A DNA stretch of 64,000 nucleotides from Bryobacterales bacterium (GTDB lineage: Bacteria; Acidobacteriota; Terriglobia; Bryobacterales; UBA6623): positions 480,001-544,000 of the forward strand of contig OY729427.2 of NCBI GenBank assembly GCA_963422375.2, given 5' to 3'. A program made the position numbers and the translations under genes. The notes beneath the pieces were generated by a model. It was not told the DNA's origin. It saw nothing but the letters and a program-made list of their open reading frames with translations, and did no database searches. Of this stretch, positions 55,000 through 64,000 are shown one piece after another (position 1 is the stretch's first letter; every line of letters begins with the position of its first letter).

Positions 55000-56549
55000 C
55001 GCGGGCCTCCTTGCCGACGGGGGCCGCCGGGCGGGGCCGCGCCCTCCTTGGTGTAGTACAGGGCCACGGTCCGGTTCGTCTCACCGAAGTACCGTTGCGC
55101 CACGCGCTGCACCTCCTCCGCGGTGACCGCTTGAATGCGGTCCGAGAACGCGTTGATGTTGCTCCACTCGCCGAGCGCCTCGTAGACGAGCAGCTGGACC
55201 ATCAGCCCGAATTGGGACTGCAGCTTGCGGAAGTCCCCGGCCATCTGCTGGTTCTTGACCTTCTGCAGCTCGCGTTTGCCGACAGGCTCCCGGGCGAGGA
55301 GGTCAAGCTCGCCCAGCAGGGCGGCCTCGACCTCCTCGGGCGTCTTGCCGGGAGCGGCAACCCCTTGCAGCTGAAACGAGCCGTCGTACTTGCGCCCGTT
55401 GACCCCGGCTCCCGCCTGGACGGCCACCTTCTGCTCGAGGACCAGCGACTTGTAGAGGCGGCCCGTGCGCCCGTTCAGAATGGCCGAGAGGACGATGAGA
55501 GGCGGCTCGTCCACGTGCGCGTCTGGCACGGTGTGGAACCGGATGGCGGCCTGCGGCCTCGTCTCGGCATGGCCGACGAGACGCTGCTCCGCCTGTTGCT
55601 CGACCTCGCGCGTGCGCACGGCGCCCGGCGGCTCGGCGCGGCGCTCCAGCCGGCCGAAGTACTTGCGCGCGAGCTGCTTGACGGTCTCCGGGTCGAAGTC
55701 GCCCACCATGGCGGCGACGAGGTTGTTCGGGGAGTAGTACCGGTCGAAGTACTCCATGGCCTCGGCGCGGGTGATCGCGTCCAAGTCGCTCGGCCAGCCG
55801 ATCACGGGCCAGCCGTAGGGGGAGGACTGCCAGAACATCGACTCGACCTGCTCGTCCAGCTTGCCCGTGGGGGTGGAGTCGACGCGCAGGCGGCGCTCCT
55901 CGCGAACGACGTCGCGCTCGCTGTAGAACTGCCGGAAGACCGGGTTGGTCAGCCGGTCGGACTCCATCCAGAACCACAGCTCGAGCTTGTTCGAGGGCAC
56001 GTTGATGAAATAGATCGTGTAGTCGCTCGAGGTCCCAGCGTTCATCCCCGAGCCGCCGTTGGTGGTGTAGATCCGCGAGAATTCATCCTTGACGATCAGC
56101 TGGCGCTGCTCCTCGATCAGCTGGTCGAACCGCTCCAGCAGGGCGGTGTGCTCGGGGCTGCGGCTGGCCGGGTCATTCGGATCATCAATCAGGCCCCGCC
56201 GGTGCTTCTCGAGCAGGGCCGCGCGCTCGCCTTGGATGCGGCCGCGCAGGGAGTCGAGTTCCTCGATTATCTGGGCGTCGCGCTCGATGTCCCGGGTCCC
56301 GATGGTCTGGGTGCCCTTGAACATCATGTGCTCGAAGAGGTGCGCCACCCCGGTCACGCCGGGCCTCTCGTTGACCGAGCCGAACTTGGCGACCCATCCG
56401 GCCGCGACGTTCGGGTCGCCCGAGCGCGGCAGCAGCAGGAACTTCATGCCGTTTTCGAGGACGAACTCCTCGACTTCGACGCGCTGGCCGGAGAGCGAGG
56501 CGGCGAGGAGCAGGGCGCAGGCCAGGGCGATGCGGATTCGACGCGGCAT
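54996..56549 (-). CDS. M16 family zinc peptidase, catalytic subunit
   Basis: GVAHLFEHMMFKG, NAGTS.D.T.Y, ERDVVREERR. Confidence 0.92.
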   Translation of the reverse strand: MPRRIRIALACALLLAASLSGQRVEVEEFVLENGMKFLLLPRSGDPNVAAGWVAKFGSVNERPGVTGVAHLFEHMMFKGTQTIGTRDIERDAQIIEELDSLRGRIQGERAALLEKHRRGLIDDPNDPASRSPEHTALLERFDQLIEEQRQLIVKDEFSRIYTTNGGSGMNAGTSSDYTIYFINVPSNKLELWFWMESDRLTNPVFRQFYSERDVVREERRLRVDSTPTGKLDEQVESMFWQSSPYGWPVIGWPSDLDAITRAEAMEYFDRYYSPNNLVAAMVGDFDPETVKQLARKYFGRLERRAEPPGAVRTREVEQQAEQRLVGHAETRPQAAIRFHTVPDAHVDEPPLIVLSAILNGRTGRLYKSLVLEQKVAVQAGAGVNGRKYDGSFQLQGVAAPGKTPEEVEAALLGELDLLAREPVGKRELQKVKNQQMAGDFRKLQSQFGLMVQLLVYEALGEWSNINAFSDRIQAVTAEEVQRVAQRYFGETNRTVALYYTKEGAAPPGGPRRQGGPR

Positions 56550-56633
56550 GGAACTCCCTCAAGTATGGCCTACCGTCCCGCGTAGGGCCGCGGTCCGCAC
56601 GCGCGGCTCCCGCGGTGATATCCTTGGCGCTCC

Positions 56634-57860
56634 GTGCGGCTGACGGCGATCTCGCGCAGCGCGGCCACTCTAGCGCCCGGCATCTTTATCATCGGCTACG
56701 TCGTCGGAACCGGCAGCGTCACGGCGATGAGTTCCGCGGGAGCGAGCTACGGCATGTCGCTGACTTGGACAGTGGCCCTAGCGTCGCTGTTCACCCACCT
56801 GATGATCATCGGCATCAGCCGACTGACGGTCCTGTCGGGAGAGACGCTGCTGCACCTGTCCCGCAAGCACTTCGGGGCCGCCGTGACGCTGCTGATCATC
56901 CTCTCGCTCGCCGCGACGCAGCTCGCTTCCATCGTGGGCGTGATGGCGATCGTGGCGGACGTGCTGCGCGAATGGACCGGCTCGGCCCTGGGCTGGGAGG
57001 CGGATCCGCTTGCGTCCGCGATCCTACTGACGGCTCTCCTGCTCACGCTCTTCTGGGTCGGCCGCCACGCGTTCTTCCTCAAGGTGCTGGCGTCGTTGGT
57101 GGGCGTGATGGGAGTCGCGTTCTTCTTGACAGCCGGCCTCGTGCTCCCGGATCTGCGGGAGCTGGCGGCGGGGATGGTGCCGGGCCTGCCCCGGACCGGC
57201 AGCCCGCGCCTGCTGATTGCCGGGATGGTCGGCACCACGATGGCTTCGGTGGTGCTATTCACGCGCAGCGTGCTGGTCAAGGAAGAGGGCTGGACGGCGC
57301 GGGACCTCCCGCTGGTGACCCGCGACTCGGCGTTTTCGATGACCGTCTTGTTCTTCGTCAATGCCGCCATCATGGCCTGCGCGGCGGGGACGCTCAATCG
57401 ACAGGGCATGGAAGTCGAGGCGGCCATCGACATGGTCAGGGCCCTGGAGCCGCTGACCGGGGAGCTCGCGGCCGGCGCGTTCGCGCTCGGCATTGTGGCG
57501 GCGGGCCTGTCGTCGCTGTTCCCGAACTACTTGCTTGGCCCTTGGATGGCGGCGGATTTCCTCGGCCTGCCGCGCGACATGGGGCGGGCTGCATTCCGGG
57601 CTATGGTGGTGGGGGCGTCGCTGGTCGGCTTGGCCGTGCCTGTGCTGGGTGGCAGGCCGGTGCAGATCATGGTGGCGTCGCAGGCGCTGAGCCCGGTCGC
57701 GATGCCGCTGCTGGCCCTGTTCGTCCTGATCCTGCTCAACAAGGCGGAAGTGACCGGCAACCGCCGTCCGTCGCTGGCGCTTAACGCGGGGTTGGCCCTC
57801 ACCGTGCTGTTTTCGTTCTACATGTGCTACATCGCGCTCTCGGGCTTCCTAGGAGGCTGA
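56634..57860 (+). CDS. Nramp-like divalent metal transporter family protein
   Basis: APGIF..GY.VGTGSVT.MS.AGA.YG, GMVGTT; about 11 TM segments. Confidence 0.78.
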   Translation: MRLTAISRSAATLAPGIFIIGYVVGTGSVTAMSSAGASYGMSLTWTVALASLFTHLMIIGISRLTVLSGETLLHLSRKHFGAAVTLLIILSLAATQLASIVGVMAIVADVLREWTGSALGWEADPLASAILLTALLLTLFWVGRHAFFLKVLASLVGVMGVAFFLTAGLVLPDLRELAAGMVPGLPRTGSPRLLIAGMVGTTMASVVLFTRSVLVKEEGWTARDLPLVTRDSAFSMTVLFFVNAAIMACAAGTLNRQGMEVEAAIDMVRALEPLTGELAAGAFALGIVAAGLSSLFPNYLLGPWMAADFLGLPRDMGRAAFRAMVVGASLVGLAVPVLGGRPVQIMVASQALSPVAMPLLALFVLILLNKAEVTGNRRPSLALNAGLALTVLFSFYMCYIALSGFLGG

Positions 57861-58537
57861 GCCGGGCCCGGGCGCTGCCCAGCTTCTCGCGCCGCCCGCC
57901 AGCGCTCGACATGGGCGAGGGCCCGCTCCGCGGTTCCCTCGCCGACCATGCCTCGCTCTCGGTAGTAGGAAACCACGTCGCGGATGCGGTAGAGGCTATG
58001 GACGGGATAGCCCTGCGAGCGCAAGCCGAGGTCCCCGCCCTGCTCGCGGTCGACCACCACGAGAATCCGCGTCACGTCCAAGCCCGCTTCGCGAAGGTAG
58101 CGCGTCGACCAGACCTTCGTCCCGCCCGATGCGATCACGTCGTCCACCAAGGTGATTTCCCTGCTCGGATCGCACGTTCCCATGTATGCGCTGGCACCGG
58201 AGTGGCCTCCGGGATACGCCGCCGGCTGCTTCCGCAGCTGCCCGTAGTACAGCGGACGCTGGGTGCCGCGGGACGCGAGGGCCGCAGCTAGGGCCAGCGG
58301 CGTAGCGGTATCGGGTATGCCGATCACCTGCTGCGTTCGAGGGGAACCCCGGGCGAGTTCGACGATCTTGCCGTGAATCCTCCGTCCCAACGCGTGCAGC
58401 AGGTCGAGGTCGTCATAGAGCCCGTGGCGCAGGTCGATGAATATCGGGGTGTTGAGCGCGTACTCTTCCCGGACGCGGTCGCCAAGCAGGATCAGGCCGC
58501 GTTCCCAGAAAGCGTCAAGGAGCCGATCTGGTGCCAT
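57827..58537 (-). CDS. pyrE: Orotate phosphoribosyltransferase-like protein
   Basis: PIFIDLR, LVDDVIASGGT PRPP motif, VVVDREQGG; divergent. Confidence 0.7.
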   Translation of the reverse strand: MAPDRLLDAFWERGLILLGDRVREEYALNTPIFIDLRHGLYDDLDLLHALGRRIHGKIVELARGSPRTQQVIGIPDTATPLALAAALASRGTQRPLYYGQLRKQPAAYPGGHSGASAYMGTCDPSREITLVDDVIASGGTKVWSTRYLREAGLDVTRILVVVDREQGGDLGLRSQGYPVHSLYRIRDVVSYYRERGMVGEGTAERALAHVERWRAAREAGQRPGPAQPPRKPESAM

Positions 58538-59004
58538 GGGGCGTCGGAATCCAAGTGCAGCCTACCAGCGTAGCGACGCGGCGCGCGAGTCCGTAGCAGC
58601 CGCGACTCTGCACGGCGCGGGACCAGCCGGAGCCGGGGCAGCCGCCGTGCTGCGCACGGCTCGCAATTCCGCAGGAGCGTAGCACGAAGCGCGTTCGGAC
58701 GCTCCTTGGGCCCGTACGGGCTCCCGGGGCGGATGGGCATCCGCGCAACTCGCACAATCGCATGGATGGAACGGTCGTTCGGCAGGTCGGCAAGCACGGC
58801 CGGAATCGAACATCCGGTGAAGGAATGTGTTCGGCAGGTCGGCCCGACGAATCGAAGGGCTCCAACGGTCTCCGTTGAAGCGCACGCTCCGGGCTCCGGT
58901 CCCTCGGGCGATCGCACCAAGAGGGTGCTGAGAAGGGTATCGACGGCAGTCTGGCGCAGGCAGGCACTTGTACTCTTGCTAGCGGAATTTGTGAGCTAGG
59001 GTAT

Positions 59005-59947
59005 ATGCCCCATGTCCTGGACTCGCTGCTGAGCGCCTTCCGCGAGACGGACGCCTGCCTGCCCGACCGGCGCGACGGTCGCAACAAGCGCTACGAGGTC
59101 AGCGACGCCGCCGGTTGCGCCCCGGCCTGCTTCTTCACCCAGTGCGAGTCGTTCCTCGCGTTCCAGCGGCGCACGGAGCGGGACGGCTCCCGCTCCAACT
59201 GCCGGACCCTGTTCGGCGCGGGCCGCATCCCCTGCGACAACCGGATCCGCAACTTGCTCGACGACCTCGACCCGGCCGCGCTCGACCCGCTGTTCCGGCC
59301 GTGGCCTCGAAACCGTGGCCGCGCAGGGCGCGCTCGCGCCCTTCCAGCGCCTCGACGGGCGCCTGCCGGCGGCTCCGGACGGCGTCCGGTTCCACCGCTC
59401 CGACACGGTGCATTGCCCGCAGTGCTCGGTGCGGCGCGTCGGTAGCGAGCGCCGACCGCATCACTTCCGCACCATGGTCGCGGCCACCGCGGTGGCCGAG
59501 GGCCACGCTGCGCCCGCAGCAGGACGCGGCCGCGACCCGCGCCGACATGAGCGAGGACGCGCGCAAGCGGGACTGCGAGCGCAACGCCGCCAAGCGCCGG
59601 CTCGCCGCTCACGGCGCCTGGCTGCAGGCCTGCCGCCCCGTCCTGCCGGGCGACGCCTTGTATTGCTGCCAGCCGGTCTGCGAGGCCGCCGCGGCGGCCG
59701 GCATGGACTACATCCGGGTATGCAAGCCCGGATCCCGCAAGCGCTTGTACGAGGTGCTGGAGAGCCGGCGGGCGAGCGGCGCGGTGCGCTCGACCGGCTG
59801 GCTGCCGCGGCGCGGGAAGGGCAAGCGGTCCGAGCGGCACCGTTTCCGCTGGACGGTCGCGGTGCCCCTGCGCCAGGGCCGCGACGCCCTGCGGGGCACT
59901 TGGGTCGTGCAGGGCTTCGCGCGGACGCGGTTTCGCTCGCCAGCTAG
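59005..59947 (+). pseudogene. ISNCY-family transposase remnant (multiple frameshifts)
   Basis: LPDRRDGRNKRYEVSDAA..FFTQCESFLAFQR, IPCDNRIRNLLD, KRDCERNAAKR, GDALYC, CKPGS spread over three frames. Confidence 0.8.
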
Positions 59948-60207
59948 AGCCACTTGGGGAGGCAAGCTTCCACCGTGAGCGAGATCGGAGAACCTGGCTG
60001 ATCTCACGCTGCGATGGAACTCCTCCCGCCTGCCCCAGACTCACTCGGCTGCCCTGAGCTGGCCGCTGTTCAGTAGGCGCCCAAGCATCTAGGCGTGGTC
60101 GCAAGTCAGCTTACGGATAGCGCACGACGACTCCGCCTTACGCCCGGCACGCGAGCAGCGGCCAGGTCGGGTGCGTCGGGCAACTCTTCCCGGCACTGCG
60201 CCGGCAT

Positions 60208-61731
60208 TCAACGGCGCACCGGAATCGCACGAGGCTCCGGCATGTTATCCACGAAGCCCGCGCCGTCCTCCCGCAGTTCCGCGATCGCAAGCTCCCGCAT
60301 TCGCTCGAGCCTAGCGCTGAATTCCGGCTTGATCGCCAGATTGTCAAGTTCGTCGGGGTCGTTCCGGAGATCGTAGAGCTCCTCGAGATCGTGGACCAGA
60401 GGCCGGACGTACTTGTAGCGCCCCTCCACGAGCATCACGTACCACGGGACGTTCGAGTGGATCACCTCGTCCCCTGCGGGGATCGCGTCCGTGTCCGACC
60501 CGTATCGCCTGCCCGTCGCCGTCAGCAGCACCGGATGAGGCCATTCGCGGTCGGGATCCTCTAAAAGGGGCGAGAGGTCCTCGCCGTGCATCGGCCACGG
60601 CAGGTCCAAACCCGCGAATCGGAAGATCGTGGGCACGATGTCCACGCCCGCCACGGGCCTCGGGCAAACGGCCCCTTCCGGGATTCTGCCGGGGAACGAG
60701 ATTACCAGCGGGGAACGGATGCTGGCATCGTACGGCGCCACCTTCTGCCGCATTCCGTGCTGGCCCCAAGCGAATCCCTGATCGGACGTCCATATGACCA
60801 ACGTGTTGTCGCGCTGGCCCGTCTCCTCGAGCGCCTTGAGCACGCGGTCGATGCCCTCGTCGAGGGCCAGAACGCCTTGGTGGTACTGACGGGTCCAAGA
60901 CGTCAGAGAACGGTCGCGGTACATCGGTGTGCCGTCGGGACCGCGCTCCCAGAACGCGATCTTCTGCGCCCAGTCCGGCTTGCCCGGCCGGGGCGGGAAG
61001 ACGTCGGCAGGCGTGTCGAAATCGATGCCCGGGTACTCGTCAAGGTGCCGGTCCGCCGGGGTGAACGGGCCGTGGACGGCGCCGTAGCAAAGCCACAGAT
61101 ACCAAGGCTTGCTCGCGTCCCGGTCCTTGCCATTTATCAGATCCACGGCCCAGTCGGTGTACTGGTCCGAGGAGTACCGCTCCAGCACCTTCGTCTCGCC
61201 GCCGTTGTAGGTGATGGGCTGGTTGTAGTAGTAGTTGCCGCTGGTCTCGGTGTATTTCGGCCGGTTCCACACGATCTGGAAATCCCAGTCGCGCCCGTAG
61301 CCGGTGTCCGTCCCGGTGTGCCACTTGCCGATCTGCGCGGTGAAGTAGCCGTTCTCGCGGAACACCTTGGGCCAGAAGGGAGCTTGGTCGGGGTCGTAGG
61401 TGCTGCCGGGATATGCGCCCACCATCCGCATCGACTCGACGCCGAACTGATGGTGTCCCGTCAGCAGCGTCGCACGCGACGGCATGCACCACGTGCCGAT
61501 GTAGGCGTACTCGAAGCGCACGCCCTGTGAGGCAAGGCGGTCCATGGCAGGCGTCCGCACCCACGGGTACGACTGGGGGTACGCCCCTACCGTGCGGTAC
61601 GAATGGTCGTCCGTGTAGATGAATAGGACGTTGGGGCGATCGGGGGTCGCGGCCGGGAGTCCAGCCGCAGACGCCCAGGCGAGGCACAGGCCTAGGGCTG
61701 CGAGACGGTGACGCAATGAAACTGCTTGCAT
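60208..61731 (-). CDS. Sulfatase (formylglycine-dependent), secreted
   Basis: PNVLFIYTDD, CMPSR (CxPxR), GKWH, TSDQG, ELYDL..DP.E..NL. Confidence 0.93.
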   Translation of the reverse strand: MQAVSLRHRLAALGLCLAWASAAGLPAATPDRPNVLFIYTDDHSYRTVGAYPQSYPWVRTPAMDRLASQGVRFEYAYIGTWCMPSRATLLTGHHQFGVESMRMVGAYPGSTYDPDQAPFWPKVFRENGYFTAQIGKWHTGTDTGYGRDWDFQIVWNRPKYTETSGNYYYNQPITYNGGETKVLERYSSDQYTDWAVDLINGKDRDASKPWYLWLCYGAVHGPFTPADRHLDEYPGIDFDTPADVFPPRPGKPDWAQKIAFWERGPDGTPMYRDRSLTSWTRQYHQGVLALDEGIDRVLKALEETGQRDNTLVIWTSDQGFAWGQHGMRQKVAPYDASIRSPLVISFPGRIPEGAVCPRPVAGVDIVPTIFRFAGLDLPWPMHGEDLSPLLEDPDREWPHPVLLTATGRRYGSDTDAIPAGDEVIHSNVPWYVMLVEGRYKYVRPLVHDLEELYDLRNDPDELDNLAIKPEFSARLERMRELAIAELREDGAGFVDNMPEPRAIPVRR

Positions 61732-61825
61732 GGCGGACTCCTTCCGGGCGCCGTCAAGGGGCTGCCAGATTGTATCGCGCCGGAGAGGATCGAGCGCCCT
61801 CGGGGCGGAGGCGGGGCGCGGCCGC

Positions 61826-63109
61826 TCAGCAGGCCAGGTGCTCGCGCCCGAAGCGGCGGCCCTGGATGTCGCCGAGCACGCTCAGCGCGATGCGGTCCTG
61901 GCGAAACCAGTCTTTGGCCAGATCCCGGACCTGGGTCGCGGTGACCGCTTCGATCAGCCCCTTGATCTCGTCAAGGGAACGAACGCGACCTTGGAGCGTC
62001 TCCTGTCGCGCCAAGTTGGACATGCGGCTGGCTGTCGATTCCAAGGCCAGCATTAGGCTGCCCTTAAGGTGGTCCTTGGCGCGCCGAATCTCCGCCTCAG
62101 GGGCGAGGTTCGCCTTGAGATCCCTGAATTCCTCCGCGATATACTCGAGCACTCTCGGCACAGCGTCAAGGGCCGTGCCCGCCCCCACGAACAGGTGCCC
62201 GGTGTCGGAATACAGGTTGAGGTCGGAAAAGATGCTGTACGCCAGCCCGGCCTCCTCGCGGACCTTCTGGAACAGGCGGGAGCTGAAGCCTCCCCCGAGC
62301 AGCGTGCTGAGAACCAAACCGGCAAAGCGCCGAGGGTCGCGGGCACCGAAGGCCCCCACGCCCAAGGCGAGATGGACCTGCTCCAAGGAGGGCTTGTCGT
62401 GCAACACCACCTCGGGCGTCACCGCCGGGAGAGGACCGGGCGCTCTGGCTCCGGATGAGCGCATGCATCCGAACCTTGCCTCCGCGGCGCGGGCTAGCGA
62501 GTCATGGTCCAAGTTTCCAGCTGCCGTCACCAGGATGTTCGGCGCGCAAAACGTATCGTCGAAGAAGCGTCGCAGCTGGGGGCGCCGGAAGGAACGAATG
62601 GACTCCGGGCAGCCGATGATCGGCCGACCCATGCTTTGGCCACTCCAGAAACTCCGGGCGAAGATGATCCCGAGCAGATAATCGGGGTTGTCTTCGTCCA
62701 TCTTGAGCTCCTCCAGGATGACGCCCTTTTCACGCTCGATGTCCTCGTCCGCCAGCGCCGGCGCGCGCACCATATCGGCCAGAATGTCAAACACTCGCGT
62801 CCAGTGTTCGTCAAGGACCACAGCCGTGAATGCGGTCACCTCCTTACTCGTGAAGGCATCGATGTGGCCGCCCAACGCGTCAATTTCGTAGGCGATTTGG
62901 CGAGCCGAAAAGCGCGCGGTCCCCTTGAAGACCATGTGCTCCGCGAAGTGGGTGATGCCGGTCTCTGCATCCGCCTCGTGCCGGGATCCGGCGTTCAGCC
63001 AGACGCCCAGCGCCACGGACCGGACGGACGGAATGGCCTCGCTCAAAACACGGAGGCCGTTCGCAAGTACGGTCTTGCGAACGTTCGGCGACGGGGATGC
63101 GTGGGGCAA
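61826..63109 (-). CDS. M16 family zinc peptidase (pitrilysin-like)
   Basis: GITHFAEHMVFKG, LGGGFSSRLFQKVREEAGLAYS; start refined to TTG 63109, 5 nt after TACTAT. Confidence 0.92.
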   Translation of the reverse strand: MPHASPSPNVRKTVLANGLRVLSEAIPSVRSVALGVWLNAGSRHEADAETGITHFAEHMVFKGTARFSARQIAYEIDALGGHIDAFTSKEVTAFTAVVLDEHWTRVFDILADMVRAPALADEDIEREKGVILEELKMDEDNPDYLLGIIFARSFWSGQSMGRPIIGCPESIRSFRRPQLRRFFDDTFCAPNILVTAAGNLDHDSLARAAEARFGCMRSSGARAPGPLPAVTPEVVLHDKPSLEQVHLALGVGAFGARDPRRFAGLVLSTLLGGGFSSRLFQKVREEAGLAYSIFSDLNLYSDTGHLFVGAGTALDAVPRVLEYIAEEFRDLKANLAPEAEIRRAKDHLKGSLMLALESTASRMSNLARQETLQGRVRSLDEIKGLIEAVTATQVRDLAKDWFRQDRIALSVLGDIQGRRFGREHLAC

Positions 63110-63366
63110 GATCCATAGTAGCAACGCCAAGGTGGAGCGGAACTCGAGGCCCCGGCCTCCATGCGTGGAACCACGCCCCTCGATTGCGCGCAGGCTCCCG
63201 GCACCCGGGATCCACAAGACTGATCGTCAATCGGGGCCCAGCAACGTTGGTCGCCAGGAGGCCGCGCCGAGCCCGGTCGGGCACAGGGGGGAGGCGGCCT
63301 TCGACGCATGCCGATTGCGCGCGATCTCGCCTGATCGGGCGAGCCGGCCGTGATAGAATCCGGGGG

Positions 63367-63690
63367 ATGAGCGAACTAGCGACGGTCGTCACCGCAGTGC
63401 TCGCAGGGGTACTGTCAGGATTGGGCGTGTGCCTGTGGGAGCTTCACTGGAAGCGTAGGAGAATGCTCGCGGACATGCGGGACATGCGCAGGCAGGTCGA
63501 CGAGTACCTCCAGCGCCAAGCGCAACTGGAACTCCGGATGGACGAGTTCAGGTGGCGGATCGAGCAGTTCGAGAAGCGGATGGACCAGCTGGAGTACCGG
63601 CAGCGGCTGGAGTTCCTCGACCTGCCGAAGGAGTGGCGGGAGGACTTCTACAACTTCGCCAAGCAGATGGCGAGCACGTCGCGAAACTAG
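63367..63690 (+). CDS. Small membrane-anchored coiled-coil hypothetical protein
   Basis: N-terminal hydrophobic helix, heptad-like RMDEFRW/RIEQFEK/RMDQLEY; TGaTAGAAT 7 nt upstream of ATG. Confidence 0.7.
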   Translation: MSELATVVTAVLAGVLSGLGVCLWELHWKRRRMLADMRDMRRQVDEYLQRQAQLELRMDEFRWRIEQFEKRMDQLEYRQRLEFLDLPKEWREDFYNFAKQMASTSRN

Positions 63691-64000
63691 CTCGATATAC
63701 GGCCCGTCTCGACAAGTCCGCGGGTCGCCCGCGACGGATTCCGGATGTCGGACGGGCGCGGCCCGGGATCCAAGCTAGCGCACTGCCCGGACGCCGAGAC
63801 GTGGGGCGGACTCCCTGCGTGAGAGACTACGCATGGCTGCCGGTCCCATCGGCGCGAGGCGCGGTAGCTACCTTGGCCCCGCGACGACTGCCACGCAGAC
63901 CGGGGCGGGCGGCGCTGAAGATGGCGGTGGGGGGCGGGATGGTCCTGACGGAGCGGTCCGCCCTTAGCCGCCACAGGGTCCGGCAGGTCTACGCGGTCCC

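Overview
GC-rich bacterial chromosomal window. Gene content (DUF1501/DUF1549-DUF1553 pair, PIG-L, M16 peptidases, FecR/DUF6600-type protein, sulfatases) suggests Acidobacteriota; this is inference. The backbone is housekeeping: carB 3' end, purH, ffh-rpsP-KH-rimM-trmD-rplS, metF, a pyrE-like gene, thiolase, tRNA-Arg(ACG) and tRNA-Lys(TTT). It is interrupted by insertion sequences: three IS1595-family copies with 24-bp perfect terminal inverted repeats, a full and a partial IS5/IS1182-type element, an ISNCY remnant, an IS1634-like remnant and a 255-bp MITE with a 6-bp target duplication. Several host genes are truncated or frameshifted: a two-component system, a sulfatase, a DUF1549/1553 protein and a BsuBI/PstI-type endonuclease. 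The best signal missed by the ORF track is a peroxiredoxin-family gene with an in-frame TGA at the peroxidatic Cys position followed by a perfect SECIS-like hairpin, i.e. a probable Tat-exported selenoprotein. Also notable are widespread leaderless-type promoters and apparently opposite mutational signatures in IS copies (AT->GC) and host genes (CCWGG C->T). No CRISPR array or rRNA was seen.
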